Shown: positions 49,644 to 61,495, numbered from the stretch's first letter. The stretch is 64,000 bases of DNA from Rhodospirillaceae bacterium (GCA_002728255.1 PBWV01000044.1:17927-81926); one strand, 5' to 3'. Numbers and translations: made by a program. Notes: generated by a model from the sequence alone, not told the origin.

Positions 49644-50297
49644 ATGGCCACAATCCATTGGACAGCCTCAAATACCGTAGTCGATTACTTGGAATCTTTA
49701 GATTTTATGGCCAAAATCGTAGATTCCATTATAGCTGGAACAGGCCCAGAGGTAGTCTGGCTCCTTGAGCATCCTGAACTATACACTAGAGGCACCAGCG
49801 CACAACCGGATGAGCTCAAATACCAGCCTAATGCGCCAATTTACACCGCTGGAAGGGGCGGACGCTATACTTACCATGGTCCCGGACAAAGGGTCATTTA
49901 CTTGATGATGGACCTTCGCAACCGCGGGCACGATATTAGAAAATATATATATGACCTAGAAACCTGGCTAATAAACTCCGTGGCGGAGTTTGGCATTGAA
50001 GGTCAACGAAGAGCGGGTCGGATTGGTGTATGGGTTGATCAGGGCAACAATGTTGAGGTAAAAATAGCAGCCATAGGAATTCGTATACGGAAATGGGTCA
50101 CATTTCACGGGATCTCTCTAAATATCTCACCAGATCTCACTATGTACGAGCCTATAATCCCCTGTGGCATAAGAGAACATGGGATCTCCTCGCTACACCA
50201 ACTCGGGATCCCCGCACTAATGAAAGATGTTGATGAAGCTCTTCTACGTAACTTTCAAAAAGTTTTTGGAAAAATTAGCGTAAATTCGGCTTTGTAA
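49644..50297 (+). CDS. lipB: Lipoyl(octanoyl) transferase
   Basis: LLEHP.LYT.G, RGGRYTYHGPGQ, KIAAIG, HG, IIPCG. Confidence 0.95.
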   Translation: MATIHWTASNTVVDYLESLDFMAKIVDSIIAGTGPEVVWLLEHPELYTRGTSAQPDELKYQPNAPIYTAGRGGRYTYHGPGQRVIYLMMDLRNRGHDIRKYIYDLETWLINSVAEFGIEGQRRAGRIGVWVDQGNNVEVKIAAIGIRIRKWVTFHGISLNISPDLTMYEPIIPCGIREHGISSLHQLGIPALMKDVDEALLRNFQKVFGKISVNSAL

Positions 50298-50313
50298 AGC
50301 ATTTTTAGTAACG

Positions 50314-52332
50314 CTATAGATCAGCCTCATTATCTCCGGTCGACGCTATCTCCAGTATTATTTGATCCACAGATAAGCTATCGCCAGGAGCAACGTGAAT
50401 AGATTCAACAATACCCTCGCTTTCAGCACACAAAAGATTTTCCATCTTCATAGCGTCAATTATGACTAAGCTATCCCCAATTCTCACCTTCTGGCCTTTT
50501 TCTACAAACAGCGAAATCACCTTGCCAGGCATAGGCGAAACTAAGCGGCCTCCATAGTTATCGCTCTCCTTTATTGGCATACGTCCCAGGAGTTCCGCAG
50601 CACGAATTGTATGAACCGAAGCATTTACCATTAGCCCTTGTCCCCACAACCTGTAGCCGTCTCTGCTCTTCTCGACCTGAAGGACTATTTCTCCTTCCGA
50701 CAACTCCCCCAAAAATACGTCCTGGCCAGGGCTCCAATCGGTCACTACCCTATCTGTTAGGCCATCGTCCCACTTAATCTCCACGCCACCCTCACTTAAG
50801 GTGGCCTCCAATGCCACTTCTTCTGAATCTATGATCACAACCCATTTCACTGACGGTATATATCTACCCCCATCTGTCCGCCCAGAAATCTTTGCTCGAC
50901 GGGTTAGTTCCAGCACCTCCATAGAAACAGCTGCAGAACAAAAACTTTTCTTCTCCTTGTCTTTTAAGGGACCGCCCTGAAATCCATTTGGATACACCCG
51001 TGATATTAAACTTGTACTGATATTTCCCGAACAAAACTCGTCGTGTTTCAAAATAGCACTGAGGAATGTGAGATTGTTGGCAACGCCTCGTATGCAAAAA
51101 TGATCGAGTGACTTGGATAGTATATCAATAGCTGCTCGGCGGTTGGAACCATGGCCTATGACCTTAGCAATCATTGGATCATAAAATATTGGCACCTCAT
51201 CACCCTCAACCACTCCTCCATCCACTCGACAGCCGGGAATTGATGGCTCCCTATACTTCTCCAAAATTCCGGTGGCAGGCAAAAAACCCTTGGTGGGGTC
51301 TTCCGCATATAAGCGAGCCTCCACCGCCCAACCTGAAATCAAAACATCTTTCTGGCCTATGGTAAGACTCTCACCTGCGGCGGAACGCAGCATTTGCTCC
51401 ACCAAATCTAATCCAGATACCATTTCAGTCACCGGATGTTCTACCTGGAGGCGCGTATTCATTTCAAGAAAGTAAAATTCCTTCTTTGGGCTCACCACAA
51501 ATTCAACTGTACCAACTGAATCATACTTAACCGCTCGAGCCAAGCTAATGGCTTGTTGGCCCATTGACGCTCGCATCTGAGTGTCCACAAACGAACTTGG
51601 GCACTCCTCAATAACCTTCTGATGACGCCGTTGGATGGAACACTCACGTTCATTTAAGTGCACAATATTCCCATGCTTGTCCGCCAGAATTTGGACTTCT
51701 ATATGCCGTGGTTCCTCAATGAACTTCTCTATTAGAATTCGATCATCGCCAAAGCTTGTCCGCGCCTCGCTTTGCGCCAGGGGGAGAGCTGTTTTAACGC
51801 TTTCCACGTCGGAGGCAACCCGCATACCCTTGCCTCCACCCCCTCGACTCGCCTTAATCATAACTGGGAACCCTATCTTTCTTGCAATGCTAACAGCATG
51901 ATCCAAATCACTTATCTCGCCCAAATAACCTGGGATAACGTTAACGCCCGCCTCCTTAGCCAGTTTCTTGGACCCAATTTTATCGCCCATCGCCATAATT
52001 GAATCAGGAGAAGGCCCTACAAAAACTAGTCCGGCATCACAAACCCGTTGCGCAAAGATACTATTCTCCGATAAGAACCCGTATCCGGGATGAACAGCAT
52101 CTGCTCCCGTTTTCTCTGCTGCTTCCAATATTTTTTCTATCAGCAAATAACTTTCTGACGACGGACCTCGACCCACACATAGACTTTCATCCGCCATATT
52201 GACGTGTTTCGAATCAACATCTACCTCAGAATATATCGCAACTGTTTTTATTCCTAACCGCTGAGCGGTTTTCATAATCCGACAGGCAATTTCACCTCTA
52301 TTTGCAACTAGAATTTTATCAAACAATGTCAT
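50314..52332 (-). CDS. pccA: Propionyl-CoA carboxylase alpha subunit (biotin carboxylase + biotin carrier)
   Basis: ANRGEIA, HPGYGFLSE, GGGGKGMR, EMNTRLQVEH, AMKME; adjacent to pccB. Confidence 0.9.
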   Translation of the reverse strand: MTLFDKILVANRGEIACRIMKTAQRLGIKTVAIYSEVDVDSKHVNMADESLCVGRGPSSESYLLIEKILEAAEKTGADAVHPGYGFLSENSIFAQRVCDAGLVFVGPSPDSIMAMGDKIGSKKLAKEAGVNVIPGYLGEISDLDHAVSIARKIGFPVMIKASRGGGGKGMRVASDVESVKTALPLAQSEARTSFGDDRILIEKFIEEPRHIEVQILADKHGNIVHLNERECSIQRRHQKVIEECPSSFVDTQMRASMGQQAISLARAVKYDSVGTVEFVVSPKKEFYFLEMNTRLQVEHPVTEMVSGLDLVEQMLRSAAGESLTIGQKDVLISGWAVEARLYAEDPTKGFLPATGILEKYREPSIPGCRVDGGVVEGDEVPIFYDPMIAKVIGHGSNRRAAIDILSKSLDHFCIRGVANNLTFLSAILKHDEFCSGNISTSLISRVYPNGFQGGPLKDKEKKSFCSAAVSMEVLELTRRAKISGRTDGGRYIPSVKWVVIIDSEEVALEATLSEGGVEIKWDDGLTDRVVTDWSPGQDVFLGELSEGEIVLQVEKSRDGYRLWGQGLMVNASVHTIRAAELLGRMPIKESDNYGGRLVSPMPGKVISLFVEKGQKVRIGDSLVIIDAMKMENLLCAESEGIVESIHVAPGDSLSVDQIILEIASTGDNEADL

Positions 52333-52426
52333 CCCCTAGAGAAAAGTCATACGACCCTGAACCACGCCAATGATTAAATTATGAATAGGATTTTCTTCAG
52401 ACCGCCAGTTCTTGTAACTTCATTTA

Positions 52427-53959
52427 CTATAAAGGGATGTTGTCATGTTTTTTCCATGGATTCTCAAGATGTTTGGTTCTCAGCAACCTCAAGGACTTGC
52501 AAATTCTCGCACGCGTTTCCCTTGGCTGGATTATATCATCGACATAACCACGCTGCGCCGCCACGAAAGGATTCGTAAACTGCTCTCTGTACTCCTCCTC
52601 TTTCTTCGCGACATCCTCCTTACTTCCCAAAGAGCCCCGGAATATAATCTCAACAGCCCCCTTCGAACCCATGACCGCGATCTCGCCCATTGGCCATGAA
52701 TAATTAACATCACCTCTCAAATGTTTGGAGCTCATTACATCATAAGCCCCCCCGTAGGCCTTGCGGGTTATGACAGTCACCTTTGGAACAGTAGCCTCGG
52801 CAAACGCAAATAATAGCTTTGCACCATGTTTAATTATCCCACCAAACTCCTGGGATGTGCCAGGAAGAAAGCCTGGGACGTCAACAAAGGTAAGTATCGG
52901 GATATTGAAACAATCACAAAAACGAACAAACCGCGCTGCCTTCCTGGAACTGTCAATATCCAAACACCCAGCCAAAACCATTGGTTGATTGGCAACCACT
53001 CCCACTGTGTGCCCCTCAAAACGGCCAAAACCAATTACAATGTTAGCAGCATAATCAGGCTGCAACTCCAGAAAATCTCCTTCGTCCACCGTCTTACGAA
53101 TAAGCATTTTCATATCATATGGTTGGTTAGCATTTTCAGGAATTAATTTATCAAGTGAACACTCCAGCCGATCAACAGGATCATTGGTTGGCCAAGTTGG
53201 GACTCCTGAACGGTTTGATAGGGGTAGAAAGTCGAAAAACCTGCGAGACTCCAGGAGGGCCTCAACATCATTTGTGAAATGTTCATCCGCTACACCAGAT
53301 TTTCCAGTATGGGTTTGGGATCCCCCAAGTTCTTCATGAGTAACTTCCTCGTGGGTAACGGTTTTTACAACATCCGGGCCCGTCACAAACATGTAAGATG
53401 AGTCCTTAACCATAAATATAAAGTCCGTCATTGCAGGCGAATAAACTGCCCCGCCTGCACATGGTCCCATCACCAAGGAGATTTGTGGTATAACTCCTGA
53501 AGCAAGAACATTTCTCTGAAAAACCTCAGCATAACCTCCCAAAGATGCGACACCCTCCTGTATTCGGGCTCCACCGGAATCGTTAATACCCAGGATAGGA
53601 ATACCAACTTTCATTGCCTGATCCATAACCTTGCAAATTTTTTCGGCGTGAGCCTCACTGAGACTACCCCCAAATACAGTAAAATCTTGGCTAAATACAA
53701 ATAATGGTCTGCCATTGATAGTCCCATGGCCTGTAATAACACCGTCTCCTGGAATCTTACTTGATTCCATCCCAAACTCAGTCGCCCTATGCTCCACAAA
53801 GGCGTCATACTCCTCAAAAGAACCCGGATCCAATAAAACCTCTAATCTTTCACGAGCGGTAAGTTTTCCCTTTGCATGTTGAGCATCGACCCGAGCTGGA
53901 CCACCGCCTGCATGAGCAGCATGCCTCCTTCTTTCTAATTCTTTTGTAATTTCCTTCAT
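52427..53959 (-). CDS. pccB: Propionyl-CoA carboxylase beta subunit
   Basis: [43 protein letters not shown]. Confidence 0.93.
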   Translation of the reverse strand: MKEITKELERRRHAAHAGGGPARVDAQHAKGKLTARERLEVLLDPGSFEEYDAFVEHRATEFGMESSKIPGDGVITGHGTINGRPLFVFSQDFTVFGGSLSEAHAEKICKVMDQAMKVGIPILGINDSGGARIQEGVASLGGYAEVFQRNVLASGVIPQISLVMGPCAGGAVYSPAMTDFIFMVKDSSYMFVTGPDVVKTVTHEEVTHEELGGSQTHTGKSGVADEHFTNDVEALLESRRFFDFLPLSNRSGVPTWPTNDPVDRLECSLDKLIPENANQPYDMKMLIRKTVDEGDFLELQPDYAANIVIGFGRFEGHTVGVVANQPMVLAGCLDIDSSRKAARFVRFCDCFNIPILTFVDVPGFLPGTSQEFGGIIKHGAKLLFAFAEATVPKVTVITRKAYGGAYDVMSSKHLRGDVNYSWPMGEIAVMGSKGAVEIIFRGSLGSKEDVAKKEEEYREQFTNPFVAAQRGYVDDIIQPRETRARICKSLRLLRTKHLENPWKKHDNIPL

Positions 53960-54131
53960 TTCAGGATTTCCTACAAAATTCCTTTACCACGCCAAATTAC
54001 AATAGGTCGCTAACTTGATAAAATACAGATAACTTCAAAACCTAGACAACAAAAGATGGAGAATATAAAGTCACAGCGGATCTTGGTCATATCATTTCTC
54101 TCATGCAAATGGAGCCCCTTACCATAAGTCC

Positions 54132-55082
54132 TCAATTTGGCCCGGCAAACCCTAATCCCTTCAAACACATTTTCATGTGGCTAGGAAGCGGGGCCTCTAT
54201 ATGGAGTTCTCTCCCGCTATCTCTATGCAGCACTAATTTTCTTGCATGAAGTTGAAGATGTCCAGCCCATTTCATGTTAGCATATCTAGCACTAGAGTTG
54301 TACTTCCTATCTCCTATGATGGGAGCACCCAGATCAACACAATGGACCCTTAGTTGGTGCATGCGACCCGTCAAAGGATAAAGACCAAGAAGCGCCGCCT
54401 TAGCCGAACTCCTATCCAGAATCTCATACCTGGTCTTAGCCCAACGGCCTTCGTTTGGTCCCACAACCACACGCTCTACACCGCCTACATGTGTTTTCCC
54501 CAATAAGTTCTCTACCTGACCACTCGTATGTTGGGGAACCCCTTCCACAATTGCCCAATAAGTCTTCTCAACACGACTACTTTGAAACGCGGAAGTTAAC
54601 TCCCGTGCTGCAATTAGCGATTTTGCTAATAATAATACACCACTAGTATCTTTATCCAACCGGTGCACCAAACGGGGACGAGGACCTTCCCCTCTCACTA
54701 GGCTATGCGAAAGATTATCAACGTGGTAACCCTGTTTGGTTCCACCCTGTACGGCCAAACCTGCAGGCTTATTTAGCGCAATCATCGCGTCATCCTCAAA
54801 TAAGATCCTCGAACGTAAACCACGGGCTTTTTCTTCTAATTTTCTATCGTAAGAACCTTCTGATTTTGAGTGCTGGAATGTCAGTGGAGGAATCCTGATT
54901 AACTGTCCAGCCTCCAGTCGCAGACCACCCTTTGCCCGGGCCCCATCCACACGAACTTGTCCAGTTCGGAGTAATTTATGCACCAACCCATGGGTCAGTG
55001 TTGGAAAGCGCCTACACAACCATTTATCCAAGCGGGATTCACGTTCCTCTTCAGACACCTTGAGCATCAAAATTTTGGTCAT
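54132..55082 (-). CDS. rluC: RluA/RluC family 23S rRNA pseudouridine synthase
   Basis: S4 domain RLDKWL, NKPAGLAVQGG, HRLDKDTSG, TGRMHQLRVH. Confidence 0.88.
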   Translation of the reverse strand: MTKILMLKVSEEERESRLDKWLCRRFPTLTHGLVHKLLRTGQVRVDGARAKGGLRLEAGQLIRIPPLTFQHSKSEGSYDRKLEEKARGLRSRILFEDDAMIALNKPAGLAVQGGTKQGYHVDNLSHSLVRGEGPRPRLVHRLDKDTSGVLLLAKSLIAARELTSAFQSSRVEKTYWAIVEGVPQHTSGQVENLLGKTHVGGVERVVVGPNEGRWAKTRYEILDRSSAKAALLGLYPLTGRMHQLRVHCVDLGAPIIGDRKYNSSARYANMKWAGHLQLHARKLVLHRDSGRELHIEAPLPSHMKMCLKGLGFAGPN

Positions 55083-55459
55083 GCCACTATGGCCTTCACA
55101 ACCATAACCCCTCCGATCAATCCAAAAACTGAAATCAAGACCGATGCGCATATATAGAGGAGCGCGAAGGACCACTGCCCACGCTCGCATAACTCCACTA
55201 TATCAAGAGAAAAAGCAGAAAATGTGGTAAAAGCGCCCAGGAATCCGACTGTCATGAGTGTTTTAATTTCAGGTGTAACAAGAACGCTTTGGGCCGCTAA
55301 CTCAGTAATTGCGCCCAGAAAAAACGAACCAAGTACGTTTACCATCAGAATGGCCCAAGGAAACCCGCCACCTACTAATGGACCTAAGTAACTGGTCAAT
55401 AGATAGCGCCCTAAAGCACCCGCAGCCCCACCAATAGCAACAATTATAGCTACCTTCAT
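55079..55459 (-). CDS. crcB: Fluoride efflux channel CrcB/FluC
   Basis: GGAAGA..RY, N..GSF, GFLGAFTTFS. Confidence 0.95.
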   Translation of the reverse strand: MKVAIIVAIGGAAGALGRYLLTSYLGPLVGGGFPWAILMVNVLGSFFLGAITELAAQSVLVTPEIKTLMTVGFLGAFTTFSAFSLDIVELCERGQWSFALLYICASVLISVFGLIGGVMVVKAIVA

Positions 55460-55583
55460 CTACTCACCACTACAAACACGACATTCATCTCTTGCGGTCC
55501 AAAAAAGAGCAAAAATATATTGGCAAAGCACTTAATGTGTCTAAAAATTGCTATCGGAACACCAAACTTACCACGAAGATAAC

Positions 55584-56888
55584 TCAAGAACTCGAAGAAT
55601 CTCTTAAAGCCTCCCACTGTCGCAGTCTTTCTCCTATCTCACGTTCATAACCGTGAATGTTCGGACGATAAAATTGCTTCCTTTGCATCCCAGTGGGAAA
55701 ATAGCTCTGCCCAGAAAACGCTGATTCCGTGTTATGGTCATAAATGTAACCACGCGAGTAGCCTTGGTCTCGCATTAATTGCGTCGGAGCATTCAAAATA
55801 TGTTTTGGTGGGCGGAGAGAGCCACTATCCCTAGCAACCGTTTGCGCCTCACCAAAAGATACGTACACAGAATTTGACTTAGGCGCAGTGGCCAAAAAAA
55901 TAACACCCTGAGCCAAGGCTAACTCCCCTTCCGGAGAGCCAATAAATTCATACGCTTGTTTCGCCGCCAACGCCTGCAACAGGGCGTTTGGATCAGCGAG
56001 GCCAATATCCTCAGTAGCAAACCGAACTAATCTGCGAGCAATATATATCGGATCTTCGCCACCTTGCAGCATCCGAGCCAACCAATACAACGCCGCATCC
56101 ACGTCAGAACCCCGCAAGCTCTTGTGAAGAGCACTGATCAACCCATAATGCTCCTCCTGCGCTTTATCATAGAGCGGGGCTCTCTGAGAGAAAAGTGTTG
56201 CTATCTGCTCTCTATCAAAAATAGAACCATCGGCGCAATCAAAAACAATCTCTGCTAAATTGAGCAGAAACCGCCCATCCCCATCGGCCATAGCCTTCAA
56301 AGTATTACGGGCATCCACAGTAACAGGAAGCGCAGAACCCAAAGTTTGTTCACAAGAATCCAGTAATGCCTCTAGAGCATCACTATCCAGAGGATGAAGA
56401 ACCAGAACTTGGCACCGAGACAAAAGAGCAGGTATAAGTTCAAATGATGGATTTTGGGTAGTTGCTCCAATCAGCGTAATTGTTCCATCCTCAATATATG
56501 GGAGAAAGGCATCCTGCTGCGCTCTATTAAACCTATGAATTTCGTCAACAAACATCAACGTCTTCAATCCATCTCTTTGTCGCACCTTTGCATTCTCAAA
56601 AACCTTTCGGAGCTCCGCAACCCCAGAAAACACTGCTGATGTCGCACAGAATTCATAATTGGTGTGTCGAGCTAGTAAACGGGCCAAACTGGTCTTTCCA
56701 CATCCAGGCGGCCCCCATAACACCATGGAGACTAGCTTCCCAGAAGCCAGCATCCGACTAATTGGGCCTTCAACCCCCAGCAAATGATCCTGCCCTACCA
56801 CCCGGTTGATGGCCGCAGGTCGCATTTTGTCCGCAAGAGGACGGTCCAGTCCATCACCTGAGTCTAAGTTAAAAAGATCCTCTGTCAC
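55584..56888 (-). CDS. rarA: Replication-associated recombination protein A
   Basis: PLADKMRP, GPPGCGKT, DEIHRFN, ISALHKSLRGSD, EDIGLADP. Confidence 0.95.
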   Translation of the reverse strand: MTEDLFNLDSGDGLDRPLADKMRPAAINRVVGQDHLLGVEGPISRMLASGKLVSMVLWGPPGCGKTSLARLLARHTNYEFCATSAVFSGVAELRKVFENAKVRQRDGLKTLMFVDEIHRFNRAQQDAFLPYIEDGTITLIGATTQNPSFELIPALLSRCQVLVLHPLDSDALEALLDSCEQTLGSALPVTVDARNTLKAMADGDGRFLLNLAEIVFDCADGSIFDREQIATLFSQRAPLYDKAQEEHYGLISALHKSLRGSDVDAALYWLARMLQGGEDPIYIARRLVRFATEDIGLADPNALLQALAAKQAYEFIGSPEGELALAQGVIFLATAPKSNSVYVSFGEAQTVARDSGSLRPPKHILNAPTQLMRDQGYSRGYIYDHNTESAFSGQSYFPTGMQRKQFYRPNIHGYEREIGERLRQWEALRDSSSS

Positions 56889-58273
56889 AATCTAACTACT
56901 ACGCTCATTAACTTACCACCTCGATCTATCTTAATTTCCCACTCTACAGGCTCTTGGTTCAATATTTTTAATAGTTGCTTGGTGGAAGTTATTTTCTCCC
57001 CTGCAAGCTCCAAAACAATATCTCCCACCCGAAGTCCAAGGCGAGCTGCATACCCAGATTCAACTCGCAGCACTACTACTCCAATTCGCGTCCACTCTAG
57101 CCCAAGTTCTTGCGCAAATCCTGGCGAAAGATTGCCAACAGTTGCCCCTGATAAAGGATTAGAGCCCTCCAGTACCATGACGTCTCGCGGTGGATCCTCC
57201 GGCGGCATAACTACCTGCATTGTTGTTTCGAAAATTTTCCCCTCCCTAAAAAATATGATCGGAATGTTGACACCTAAAGCGCTGGTAACCATCCGATAAC
57301 GTAGACCTTGGGGATTATCAATATCATGACCATCGATAGATAAAATCACATCACCAATCTTGAGTCCTGCCTCCCAGGCAGGGCTCAAGGCGTGCATAGC
57401 CTTTATAATCATTCCCCTTGGAGTAGGGAGACCTAAGGCTCTCCCGATTTCATAATCTACCGACTGGCCTAATATACCCGACCATGGACGGACCGCCTTG
57501 CCTCCCGCCACCAAACTATCAACAATTACCCTCACGAGATTGGCAGGGATAGCAAACCCGATACCAATAGAACCCCCGCTTCGAGAAAAAATGGCGGTAT
57601 TGACACCAATTAATTCGCTACTCAAATTAACCAAAGCACCGCCAGAGTTGCCAGGATTAATCGCTGCATCGGTCTGAATAAAGGACCGCCAATCAGATAG
57701 GCCCACAGCGCTTCGACCTAAGGCAGAAACTATGCCGCTCGTAACCGTCTGACCAACACCAAACGGATTCCCAATCGCTAAAACTATATCTCCGACCTCC
57801 AGACCATCCGAGTCTCCAAACTCAAGAAACGGCAGAGGCTCACCATCCGGGTCGATCAAAAGGACAGCTAGGTCAATTTTATCATCTGAGCCAACAATTT
57901 TAGCTTCAAACTCTCTCCGATCCGAAAGGACGACAATTATTTCATCACTGCCAGCAATAACGTGTTGGTTAGTAATTATGAGACCTTCCGACCCGATAAC
58001 CACACCTGATCCTAAAGAGCTCTCGATTCTTTCACGGGGAACTCCAAACGGCATCCCTTCGAAAAATCGTTCGAAAAATGGATCACTGAATAGTGATCTG
58101 CTGCTAGTTGAAACCCGCCGTCGCGTGTAAATATTAACGACGGCAGGGGCAACCTTTCCTACAACTGGAGCGTAAGATAGTTGTACGGCATGTCTATCGG
58201 AAGGTATGGAAGGTTCGGCCATCGTCGGCCAAGAAGCCCAAGTAACCCCTAGAATGAGGCATCCTAGAACCAA
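56885..58273 (-). CDS. degP: Do/DegP family serine endoprotease with two PDZ domains (start codon uncertain)
   Basis: SLGSGV, TNQHV, DLAVL, QTDAAINPGNSGG. Confidence 0.9.
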   Translation of the reverse strand: MVLGCLILGVTWASWPTMAEPSIPSDRHAVQLSYAPVVGKVAPAVVNIYTRRRVSTSSRSLFSDPFFERFFEGMPFGVPRERIESSLGSGVVIGSEGLIITNQHVIAGSDEIIVVLSDRREFEAKIVGSDDKIDLAVLLIDPDGEPLPFLEFGDSDGLEVGDIVLAIGNPFGVGQTVTSGIVSALGRSAVGLSDWRSFIQTDAAINPGNSGGALVNLSSELIGVNTAIFSRSGGSIGIGFAIPANLVRVIVDSLVAGGKAVRPWSGILGQSVDYEIGRALGLPTPRGMIIKAMHALSPAWEAGLKIGDVILSIDGHDIDNPQGLRYRMVTSALGVNIPIIFFREGKIFETTMQVVMPPEDPPRDVMVLEGSNPLSGATVGNLSPGFAQELGLEWTRIGVVVLRVESGYAARLGLRVGDIVLELAGEKITSTKQLLKILNQEPVEWEIKIDRGGKLMSVVVRL

Positions 58274-58373
58274 CCATCTTCGGTGTGAGAACTCACAAAT
58301 GCCAGTATAGACTGAAAAAATTGAGAGCGCGGACTCTATCGAACCCGATAGATGCAGCCCAAATAAGAAACGC

Positions 58374-58811
58374 TTAGGCCGCCGCCTCAGCATCCTCGTC
58401 GGGCCCCGCATCTTCATCTACCGGACCCGAATCCTTCCCCTTTGCAGATTCGTCCCTATCCACAAACTCTATCACTGCCATGGGAGCATTATCGCCAAAT
58501 CGGTTGCCCGTTTTGACCACCCGCACATAGCCGCCAGACCTATCTTCATACCGGTCTTTCAAGGAGGTGAATAATTTTTCCACTAAAGCAGTATCTCCGC
58601 CGAGTCTGGATAACGCCTGACGTCTAGAATGTAACCCTCCCTTTTTACCCAGGGTCACCAAGCGTTCAACCACACCACGCAAATCCTTAGCCTTTGGAAG
58701 GGTAGTCTCGATCTGTTCGTGCTTAACTAACGCAGCAGCCAGATTAATAAACATGGCCTTCCTATGACTGTGGGTACGATTAAGTTTTCTCCCACTTAGT
58801 CTATGACGCAT
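58374..58811 (-). CDS. rplQ: 50S ribosomal protein L17
   Basis: [12 protein letters not shown]...TTLPKAK...GGY.R. Confidence 0.97.
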   Translation of the reverse strand: MRHRLSGRKLNRTHSHRKAMFINLAAALVKHEQIETTLPKAKDLRGVVERLVTLGKKGGLHSRRQALSRLGGDTALVEKLFTSLKDRYEDRSGGYVRVVKTGNRFGDNAPMAVIEFVDRDESAKGKDSGPVDEDAGPDEDAEAAA

Positions 58812-58837
58812 CTCTGAAGCCCCCTTCCCACAGGCGC

Positions 58838-59854
58838 CTAAAAAGGCTCCTCCAAACGTTTTGCCATTTCTTCAATATTTTCTGGCGGCCACTCCTCAAT
58901 TTGCATCCCCAAATGGAGGTTCATGCCATTCAGAACTTCCTTAATTTCGTTCAACGATTTCCGCCCGAAATTTGGCGTTCGAAGCATATCAGTCTCTGAT
59001 TTCTGAACGAGATCCCCTATATAGACGATGTTATCATTCTTAAGACAATTTGCCGAACGCACCGACAACTCAAGCTCATCCACCTTACGAAGCAGATGGG
59101 CATTAAAACTAGGTTCATCTTTCGCCTCCTGATCATCAGTCTTCGTCGGTTCCTCAAAATTGATGAATAACTCCAACTGGTCGGTCAAAATACGGGCCGC
59201 AAGAGCCACCGCATCTTCTGGTGAAATAGTTCCATCAGTCTCTAACGTCAGAGAAAGCTTATCATAGTCAGTGGCTTGTCCAACTCGCGTATTTTCCACT
59301 TTATAACTAACCTGGCGAACCGGGCTGTACACTGCATCAATCGGAATAAGACCTATAGGCGCCTCCTCCGCCGCATTTTGAGCAGCAGCAACATAACCTT
59401 TGCCACTTTCAACAACCATTTCCAAGTTTAAGGAAGCACCTTTATCGAGATTGCATATTACAAGGTCTTGGTCGATGATTTCTACATCATGGCCAGTCTC
59501 TATAGCACCCGCCTTAACGGCCCCCGGCCCACTAGCTGTCAACGAAATCCTTTTCGACCCTTCACCATGCATCCGCAATGATATGGCCTTCAAATTCAGG
59601 ACAACCTCGGTCACATCCTCAATAACCCCTGGTATCGACGAAAACTCATGCAAGACACCATCAATCTTAAGGCCTGTTATAGCTGAACCGCGCAGACTGG
59701 AGAGCAAAATTCGTCGTAACGCATTCCCGAGAGTTAACCCAAACCCTCTTTCCAATGGCTCAGCTACTACAGTACCAGTTCGCCCCACTGAGCCATTGAC
59801 CTGCACATCTAGTCTTGCAGGCTTTATGAGTTCTTGCCAATTTTTCTGAATCAC
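58838..59854 (-). CDS. rpoA: RNA polymerase alpha subunit
   Basis: [38 protein letters not shown]. Confidence 0.98.
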   Translation of the reverse strand: MIQKNWQELIKPARLDVQVNGSVGRTGTVVAEPLERGFGLTLGNALRRILLSSLRGSAITGLKIDGVLHEFSSIPGVIEDVTEVVLNLKAISLRMHGEGSKRISLTASGPGAVKAGAIETGHDVEIIDQDLVICNLDKGASLNLEMVVESGKGYVAAAQNAAEEAPIGLIPIDAVYSPVRQVSYKVENTRVGQATDYDKLSLTLETDGTISPEDAVALAARILTDQLELFINFEEPTKTDDQEAKDEPSFNAHLLRKVDELELSVRSANCLKNDNIVYIGDLVQKSETDMLRTPNFGRKSLNEIKEVLNGMNLHLGMQIEEWPPENIEEMAKRLEEPF

Positions 59855-59953
59855 CTAGTCCACCCCAATTATGTTTAAGGCAATGCACTTTCGCCCTAGT
59901 ATCCCTAAAAGCCCCAAAACAGGCTACCCTCAAAACACACCTTAAAGTTCTTC

Positions 59954-60346
59954 CTACACCCGCCTTCGTTTTGGCGGTCTACAGCCATTATGCGGGATCG
60001 GAGTAACATCTCTTATGGAAGTAATATTAAAACCCACCACTTGAAGAGCGCGCAGCGCCGATTCACGGCCAGAACCTGGCCCCTTCACTTCTACCTCCAA
60101 CGTCTTCATACCATGTTCAGCAGCCTTCTTTCCAGCGTCCTCCGCAGCCATCTGAGCGGCATATGGGGTCGACTTCCGAGATCCTTTGAACCCCAAAGAC
60201 CCCGCAGATGACCACGCTATCGCGTTCCCCTGCAAATCACTGATAGTGATAAGGGTGTTATTGAAAGTCGCGTTAACATGCGCCACCCCTGAAATAATGT
60301 TCTTTCTTTCTCGACGCTTCACGCGTCCACCTGCCTCATTTGCCAT
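59954..60346 (-). CDS. rpsK: 30S ribosomal protein S11
   Basis: [35 protein letters not shown]. Confidence 0.98.
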   Translation of the reverse strand: MANEAGGRVKRRERKNIISGVAHVNATFNNTLITISDLQGNAIAWSSAGSLGFKGSRKSTPYAAQMAAEDAGKKAAEHGMKTLEVEVKGPGSGRESALRALQVVGFNITSIRDVTPIPHNGCRPPKRRRV

Positions 60347-60368
60347 ATAAAAACCTATTTATTACAAG

Positions 60369-60740
60369 CTATGCGCTCTTTTTCCCCGTCACCGGTCGGG
60401 CACGACCTTTTCGAGTTCTAGCGTTGGTGTGTGTTCTCTGGCCACGCACTGGCAACCCACGGCGATGTCGTAGCCCACGATAACAACCCAGATCCATTAG
60501 CCTCTTGATATTCATCGCAACATCGCGCCGAAGATCTCCTTCGACACGATACTCATTATCAATCACCTCTCGTATTCTGGTAACCTCAGCTTCCGCTAAT
60601 TCACTTACTCGATTACCCTCACCAACCCCCGCCTTCTGGCAGATTTCCTTGGCCTTGGTATCACCTAAGCCAAATATATAGGTCAGAGCGACAACCACTC
60701 TCTTATTCGTCGGTATGTTAACCCCGGCAATCCGCGCCAA
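60369..60740 (-). CDS. rpsM: 30S ribosomal protein S13
   Basis: (TTG)[26 protein letters not shown]; SD AGGAGG upstream. Confidence 0.97.
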   Translation of the reverse strand: MARIAGVNIPTNKRVVVALTYIFGLGDTKAKEICQKAGVGEGNRVSELAEAEVTRIREVIDNEYRVEGDLRRDVAMNIKRLMDLGCYRGLRHRRGLPVRGQRTHTNARTRKGRARPVTGKKSA

Positions 60741-60835
60741 TTTTCGGCCTCCTATGGGAAAGTTTTCACGCAACAGGGCCCAGCCGTTGGGCCGGGTCGC
60801 CAAGCCGGCGCATTATAAACAGATACAACGCCAGG

Positions 60836-61495
60836 TCAACGGCTTGCCTCTAGAGCCAAGACATCCCTTATCTGGCTCCTAACCTCTTGCATACCTAACT
60901 CGCCATTTACTGTGTCCAACAAATTCCGCTCCTTATAATAGGGCAACAGTGGTGCCGTTTGAGCGTGATAGTTGCTCAATCTATCCTGCACCGTTTCCAC
61001 ACTATCGTCTTTGCGTGTACTAAACTCTTTCCCCCCACAACTGTTGCACACACCCGCTATCAGAGGTGGCTTAAACTTCCGATGGTAACCCACCCCGCAT
61101 GCGGAACAAGAAAAACGGCCTGTTATCCGCTCTACCAGCAGCCCATCTGAAACCCTGATTTCGATAACACGCAAGCTATTGATTTTCTTCTCAGTTAAAA
61201 GTTCATCTAAGGCCGTGGCTTGTTTTAACGTTCTAGGAAACCCATCCAAAATAAACCCCACCGAACAATCATTCTCATCCAGGCGATCCGAAATAATTTG
61301 AATAACCACTTCATCAGGGACGAGAGCACCCGCATCCATAAGTTTCTTCGCCATCTCACCTGTTTTTGTTCTTGCTCGAACCGCGGCACGCAGCATGTCT
61401 CCAGTGGAAAGATGAGCCAATCCTAATTCCTCAACCAAAAATTCGGCCTGCGTACCTTTGCCGCTTCCAGGCGGTCCAAACAAAATTAAACTCAC
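60836..61495 (-). CDS. adk: Adenylate kinase (Cys4 LID)
   Basis: GPPGSGKGTQA, STGDMLR, LDGFPRT. Confidence 0.97.
   Translation of the reverse strand: MSLILFGPPGSGKGTQAEFLVEELGLAHLSTGDMLRAAVRARTKTGEMAKKLMDAGALVPDEVVIQIISDRLDENDCSVGFILDGFPRTLKQATALDELLTEKKINSLRVIEIRVSDGLLVERITGRFSCSACGVGYHRKFKPPLIAGVCNSCGGKEFSTRKDDSVETVQDRLSNYHAQTAPLLPYYKERNLLDTVNGELGMQEVRSQIRDVLALEASR

Noticed and set aside
55460-55583. Possible fluoride riboswitch upstream of crcB
   Set aside because: No GGCGATGGYGTTCGCC...GCTGATGAC-type consensus on the minus strand
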